Assembly: GCA_963706955.1 (NCBI GenBank)
Contig: CAVPOC010000010.1
Span: forward strand, 1 to 64,000
Length of the DNA stretch: 64,000 bases
Origin: an uncultured Verrucomicrobiae bacterium
GTDB taxonomy: Bacteria; Verrucomicrobiota; Verrucomicrobiia; Chthoniobacterales; Terrimicrobiaceae
Direction: 5' to 3'
A program made the position numbers and the translations under genes. The notes under the pieces were generated by a model. It was not told the DNA's origin. It saw nothing but the letters and a program-made list of their open reading frames with translations, and ran no database searches. Below are positions 59,278-64,000 of this stretch, in pieces (positions within the stretch are counted from its first letter, which is position 1; each line of letters opens with the position of its first letter).

Positions 59278-62064
59278 GTGAAGACAACGGCCGATTACAT
59301 CGTTTCAGGGTTTGCTAAGATCGACGCAGACCTGAACTACTTGATGAAGTGCCTCAAGGAAGTTTTGGTCGAGCTGGGTGAGCATAAGGCGGCGGAATTT
59401 TTACCCTGGCAGGAAGGTGGGCAGGCGCACAACATCGATGACCCGCCCCCGCGCATCGAACAGGCGTATTCGATCGCCTTTCAATTGTTGAACATGGTTG
59501 AAGAGAACGCTTCAACCCAGACAAGAAGACTACGGGAGATTGAACACGGCCTGAGCGACGAACCCGGTTTGTGGGGGCAGCAGCTCGCCCAACTCAAATC
59601 AGCCGGCTTTACCGCCGAGGAAATCCTGACGGTGCTTCCCGAAGTGCGGGTCGAGTCGGTGCTGACCGCGCATCCCACGGAGGCCAAGCGCGCCGCCGTG
59701 CTCGAGCAGCATCGCGCCATCTTCCTCCTCCTCACCTCACTCGAACATGAGAGTCTCACCCCTTCCCGCCGGGCAGCGATTCGCGATGAAATCAAGATCG
59801 TTCTCGAGCGCCTCTGGCGAAGCGGTGAAATCTTGCTGGAAAAGCCTGAAGTCGCTTTTGAGCGCCGCGGGGTGATTTTCTATATGCGCGAGGTGTTCCC
59901 GCTTGCCCTCGAGCAACTGGATGAACGCCTCCGCCAAGGCTGGAAGAACACCGGTTTCGATCCTGCGCTTCTTGAAAATCCGCACATCTGGCCGCGCGTG
60001 CGCTTTGGTAGCTGGGTCGGAGGTGATCGCGATGGACATCCTTTCGTGACCGCAAAGGTCACCGAGGAAACGCTCCAGGAGATGCGCCTGAATGCGATGA
60101 TCGTCATTCATCGGCACCTGGAAAAACTTGCCGAAAGACTCCCCCTCTCGAGCAACTTTCAAAAGCCCCCGGAAATACTCGAAGAGGCCATCGCCAAGCT
60201 GCGGGCGGAAAATGCCGGGTCCGAGCCGATCATCCGCCAGCATTCTGACGAACCATGGCGCCAATATGTCATGCTGCTCCAAGCCAAGCTGCCCCTCAGT
60301 ATAGGGATGGGCGATGAGCCCACCACCTTCGCGCGAGCCCTCCATCATTATCGAAGCCCTTACGAACTCGACGAGGATCTCGCGCTGCTCGAAGAGACTC
60401 TGGAGGAAGTCGGAGCAAAACGCCTCGCCGATAGCGCAGTCTGGCCGGTCCGTCGCGCCCTCGACGTCTTCGGATTTCATCTGGCGGCGCTCGACATCCG
60501 TCAAAACAGCAAATTCCACGACCAGGCCATCGTTCAAATCCTTGCCGCCATCGGACAACCCGCGCCAGACTTTGGCGAATGGGAGGAATCCCGCCGGCTC
60601 GAATTTCTCAACCGCGAGCTCCAGTCACCACGCCCGTTTCTCTACCACGGCTCCGAGATCGGCGATCAAGCCGATGCCGTGCTCGCATGCTACGCGGTGC
60701 TGCGCAGACACCTTCGCGAGCACGGACGCGATGGAATAGGCGCGCTCATCGTGAGCATGACGCGTCAACTCTCCGATCTTCTCGTCGTCTATTTGCTCGC
60801 CCGCGAAGCCGGCCTGATGCGCTGGACTTCGGAGGGCCTGCTTTGCACCCTCCCGGTGGTTCCGCTTTTCGAGACGCTGGATGACCTTCAGCGCAGCGCA
60901 GGACTCATCGAGGCGTTTCTTTCCCATCCGGTGACAAAGCGCAGCCTGGCCTTTCACCAGACCGATCGCGCGAAGGTCCTCTCTCTGCCGCAGAGCCGGC
61001 CCGTCCAGCAAGTGATGATCGGCTATAGCGATAGCAACAAGGACTGCGGTATTCTCGCGAGTCAATGGGCACTCCACAAAGCACAGGACGCGATCGCGGC
61101 GGTCGGCAAGAGCCATGGCACGAAGATCCGTTTTTTCCATGGCCGAGGCGGCACGATAAGTCGCGGCGCAGGACCCACTCATCGTTTCCTGGGCGCACTT
61201 CCCCATGGCTCGATTCAGGGAGACATCCGCCTGACGGAACAGGGGGAAACCATCGCGCAGAAATTCGCCAACCTCGTCACCGCCACCTACAATCTCGAAC
61301 TCTTCCTGGCAGGCGTTACTGGATTCACGGCCCGCGAAAAGCGTGCCTCGTCGATGACGACCAAGATCGAGGAGATCTGCGAGGTGCTGGCGCAGTCGAG
61401 CCAGGTGGCCTACTCGGACCTTATCCGAGCCGATGGGTTCATGACCTTTTACTCACAGGCGACGCCGATCGACGCCCTCGAAATTAGCAGCATCGGTTCC
61501 CGGCCATCCCGCCGAACAGGGCAGCGGACGCTCGCTGATCTTCGCGCGATTCCCTGGGTCTTCAGCTGGAATCAAAGCCGCTATTATCTGCCAGGATGGT
61601 ACGGCGTCGGCAGCGCGCTCGAGGCCTTGGTGGCGTCGAGACCTGCGGCCATCAGCGAGCTTCGTGGCCAGCTGAAATCTTCGCCGCTGCTCTACTTTGT
61701 GCTGACCAATGTCGAAACAAATATCGCGAGCGCCGACGAGGATATCATGAGGCTGTACGCCGCGCTCGTTCAGGAATCGGGCGCGCGCGATTCCATTCTT
61801 GGGCTGATTCTGACGGAATTCGAGAAGACGCATCGCATGATGTCGGAGGTCTTCGGCGGGAGTCTGGAGGCTCGTCGGCCGCGTATGCTCAAGACTCTTC
61901 GCCTTCGTGCCAATGCGCTGCGCGTCTTGCACGAACAGCAAATCCAGCTCCTCGCGCAATACCGCGCCGCCAAGGCCGCGGGCTCGGCCGACACGAAAAA
62001 GCTCCTCCCGAAAGTGCTTCTCTCCATCAACGCGATTGCCAGTGGCCTGCGCACGACCGGCTAG
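59278..62064 (+). CDS. ppc: Phosphoenolpyruvate carboxylase
   Basis: VLTAHPTE, WVGGDRDG, VMIGYSDSNKD, FHGRGG, LRAIPWVFSW, GLRTTG. Confidence 0.97.
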   Translation: MKTTADYIVSGFAKIDADLNYLMKCLKEVLVELGEHKAAEFLPWQEGGQAHNIDDPPPRIEQAYSIAFQLLNMVEENASTQTRRLREIEHGLSDEPGLWGQQLAQLKSAGFTAEEILTVLPEVRVESVLTAHPTEAKRAAVLEQHRAIFLLLTSLEHESLTPSRRAAIRDEIKIVLERLWRSGEILLEKPEVAFERRGVIFYMREVFPLALEQLDERLRQGWKNTGFDPALLENPHIWPRVRFGSWVGGDRDGHPFVTAKVTEETLQEMRLNAMIVIHRHLEKLAERLPLSSNFQKPPEILEEAIAKLRAENAGSEPIIRQHSDEPWRQYVMLLQAKLPLSIGMGDEPTTFARALHHYRSPYELDEDLALLEETLEEVGAKRLADSAVWPVRRALDVFGFHLAALDIRQNSKFHDQAIVQILAAIGQPAPDFGEWEESRRLEFLNRELQSPRPFLYHGSEIGDQADAVLACYAVLRRHLREHGRDGIGALIVSMTRQLSDLLVVYLLAREAGLMRWTSEGLLCTLPVVPLFETLDDLQRSAGLIEAFLSHPVTKRSLAFHQTDRAKVLSLPQSRPVQQVMIGYSDSNKDCGILASQWALHKAQDAIAAVGKSHGTKIRFFHGRGGTISRGAGPTHRFLGALPHGSIQGDIRLTEQGETIAQKFANLVTATYNLELFLAGVTGFTAREKRASSMTTKIEEICEVLAQSSQVAYSDLIRADGFMTFYSQATPIDALEISSIGSRPSRRTGQRTLADLRAIPWVFSWNQSRYYLPGWYGVGSALEALVASRPAAISELRGQLKSSPLLYFVLTNVETNIASADEDIMRLYAALVQESGARDSILGLILTEFEKTHRMMSEVFGGSLEARRPRMLKTLRLRANALRVLHEQQIQLLAQYRAAKAAGSADTKKLLPKVLLSINAIASGLRTTG

Positions 62065-62255
62065 GTCGCGTCAAGGCGGAGCGCGCCTGATCATCACTTC
62101 GAGAAATTTGTAGAGCGCTGTGCGAATCGCTGACGAACTCCTGCATTCTTGGCTACATCATTTTTATTGTCCCCACTGCCGTCAGGCCCTAAGCGCCGCT
62201 ACCCCGAAACAAAATGCTGGGCTTATGCGACGCCGTGCTATTTTCCTGCTTATTC

Positions 62256-63380
62256 ATGGCCACGCTTGCGACCACAGTCGACGGACTCAACCTGCCTAAT
62301 CCCTTCCTGATTGCCGCGGGTCCGCCCGGAACGAACCTCAATGTCATTCAGCGGGCATTTCGGGAAAAATGGGGCGGGGTCATTGCCAAGACGATCAGCC
62401 TCGACGCCTCCAAAGTCGTCAATGTCACGCCACGTTACGCGAAACTCTACTCCAACGATCGCAGTGAAATTTTCGGCTGGGAAAACATTGAGCTGATCAG
62501 CGATCGACCGTTCGAGATCTGGCTGGAAGAGTTCAAGCGCTGCAAGGATCAAAACCCCGATGGCGTCCTGATCGCCTCCATCATGGAGGAGTATCGACGC
62601 GACGCATGGATCGAGATCGTCGAACGCTGCCAGGAAGCCGGCGTCGATGGGTTCGAGCTCAACTTCTCGTGCCCACACGGCTTGCCCGAACGTAAGATGG
62701 GCTCAGCCATGGGAGAAGATCCCGAGATTCTTCGAGAGGTTTGCGGATGGGTGATGGACGTTGCCAGAAAGCCGGTCTGGGCGAAAATGACTCCGAATAT
62801 CACCCATATCGAAGAACCTGCGCGCGCGGCGCTTCAAGCGGGCTGTCACGGAATTAGCGCCATCAACACAATTCGCTGCGTCATGGGTGTGAATCTCGAG
62901 ACCCTCCGCCCCGAACCGAGCGTCGGAGGACGGACGACCCCTGGGGGATACTCTTCGAAGGCCATCAAGCCGATCGCTCTGCGCATGTGCATGGAGCTCG
63001 CCACCATGATCCGGAGCGAATTCGCGGGTCGATCCCTTTCCGGCCTTGGTGGGATCGAAACCGGCAGCGACGCTGCTGAGTTCATCCTGCTCGGAGCAAA
63101 CACGGTTCAAGTCTGCACCGGCGTGATGAAGTTTGGTCACGAGTTGATTGAGCCGCTCTGCGAGGCCCTGCTCGCCTTCATGGAAAAGCACAAGTTTGAG
63201 ACGCTGGATGATTTTCGCGGTCACAGCCTTAACTACTTTACCTCTCACGCAGAGCTCGTCCGCAGTCATGAAGAACGCCAGCCGGGACGCCAAGGCCCAG
63301 CCCGAGACCGTGGCATCAGAGCGGACGGTGACTGGAGCCACGAAAAGTTCGTCGAGCAATCCGCCACCCTGAGCCGTTAA
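62256..63380 (+). CDS. preA: Dihydropyrimidine dehydrogenase FMN subunit without Fe-S tail (PreA/PYD1-like)
   Basis: WENIELISDR, ELNFSCPHG, WAKMTPN, AINT, VQVCTGVM. Confidence 0.88.
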   Translation: MATLATTVDGLNLPNPFLIAAGPPGTNLNVIQRAFREKWGGVIAKTISLDASKVVNVTPRYAKLYSNDRSEIFGWENIELISDRPFEIWLEEFKRCKDQNPDGVLIASIMEEYRRDAWIEIVERCQEAGVDGFELNFSCPHGLPERKMGSAMGEDPEILREVCGWVMDVARKPVWAKMTPNITHIEEPARAALQAGCHGISAINTIRCVMGVNLETLRPEPSVGGRTTPGGYSSKAIKPIALRMCMELATMIRSEFAGRSLSGLGGIETGSDAAEFILLGANTVQVCTGVMKFGHELIEPLCEALLAFMEKHKFETLDDFRGHSLNYFTSHAELVRSHEERQPGRQGPARDRGIRADGDWSHEKFVEQSATLSR

Positions 63381-63457
63381 TAGCGGTTCATCTCTGGCGC
63401 GCACGATCCCGTCACAAAAAAGCGTTTCCCATGATATGCCCTCGAAACCGAACGTTC

Positions 63458-63642
63458 CGGGGAGCATACCCGTCTCCGGGTGCTACCGCCCGGCGTCTCG
63501 CCGGGCACACGGCACACATCGGCTTGACGAAGGTCACCATTTTTATAACCAAACCTCTGCCGCAATATTGTCGACTTGATCCTCCAGGCGTTGTCCGGCG
63601 GGGACGCCGGCCAATAACACGCGAGGACGCGTGTGCTCCCCG
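63458..63642. repeat. Inverted pair of GGAG-tagged double-hairpin repeats (family C)
   Basis: GGGAGCATACCCGTCTCCGGGTGCTACCGCCCGGCGTCTCGCCGGG versus reverse complement GGGAGCACACGCGTCCTCGCGTGTTATTGGCCGGCGTCCCCGCCGGA. Confidence 0.75.
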
Positions 63643-63709
63643 ATCCCTCCGCTTGAGTGCTAACGCGCGCAACCGTCGCGACGTTTACAACGGCATCTGC
63701 GCGCACAGT

Positions 63710-63767
63710 TGGGGAAGCCCTTGTCGCAAAGGGCTCCCATCAGGCGGTTAGCACAACCAACTCTACA
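63710..63767. repeat. Degenerate family-B REP doublet
   Basis: GCCCTTGTCGCAAAGGGC hairpin plus AGGCGGTTAGCACAACCAACTCTACA. Confidence 0.55.
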
Positions 63768-63834
63768 AATTTGCTCGCACTCGCCAAAAAATTGCTAATC
63801 GCATCTTGCCTGCAGAGTCGGTAATCGAAACTTG

Positions 63835-64000
63835 ATGACTCACCACGCCTCGCCGGATCGATACGGAACGATGAAGTATGCTCGCTGTGGTCGCAGCGGC
63901 TTAATGCTCCCACGCATTTCACTCGGCTTGTGGCACAACTTCGGTGACGTCGATCGCTACGCGATCGCTCGTGACGTCGTTCTGCGCGCTTTTGATCTAG
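63835..64000 (+). CDS. Aldo-keto reductase (YghZ/Gpr, L-glyceraldehyde-3-phosphate reductase-like), 5' part only
   Basis: Hand translation MTHHASPDRYGTMKYARCGRSGLMLPRISLGLWHNFGDVD...LRAFDL; runs off the right edge and is absent from the ORF track. Confidence 0.9.
   Translation, partial: MTHHASPDRYGTMKYARCGRSGLMLPRISLGLWHNFGDVDRYAIARDVVLRAFDL

Noticed and set aside
62098..62135. TTCGAGAAATTTGTAGAG, similar to 13246-13263
   Set aside because: Probably a decayed family-B REP end, but too degenerate to annotate.

Overview
Bacterial chromosomal window. It is most consistent with Verrucomicrobiota (Chthoniobacterales-like); this is inferred from gene layout and protein style, not proven. Left to right: (i) a sugar ABC transporter cut by the left edge and a PTP/DSP-fold protein; (ii) a ~20 kb nitrogen-scavenging region (amtB-glnK, dedA, yqhA, livKHMGF, urtABCDE-ureABCEFGD) with two good sigma-54 promoters; (iii) a ~19 kb single-strand respiratory cluster: alternative complex III (actABCDEF plus an ActG-like gene), a ccoN-like/ccoO/ccoP-like module, an A1-type aa3 oxidase, and its heme A and Cu assembly genes; (iv) two MFP+RND efflux pairs, a DUF1254/1214 protein and a GlcD-like oxidase; (v) a REP-associated tyrosine transposase (RAYT) flanked by its REPs, then fabI, ppc, a PreA/PYD1-like enzyme and the 5' end of an aldo-keto reductase. 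The strongest novelty candidates are a CcoN homolog that has lost all six heme/CuB histidines and the cross-linked Tyr while its CcoO/CcoP-like partners keep their hemes (possible scaffold and electron wire between ACIII and aa3), and a UrtE ATPase with an exact 4x22-aa tandem amplification of its post-D-loop helix. At least four palindromic or periodic repeat families are dispersed through the window. About ten apparent 1-nt indels, several in homopolymers, look like assembly errors rather than pseudogenes. All alignments to reference proteins were done by eye from memory and need confirmation.
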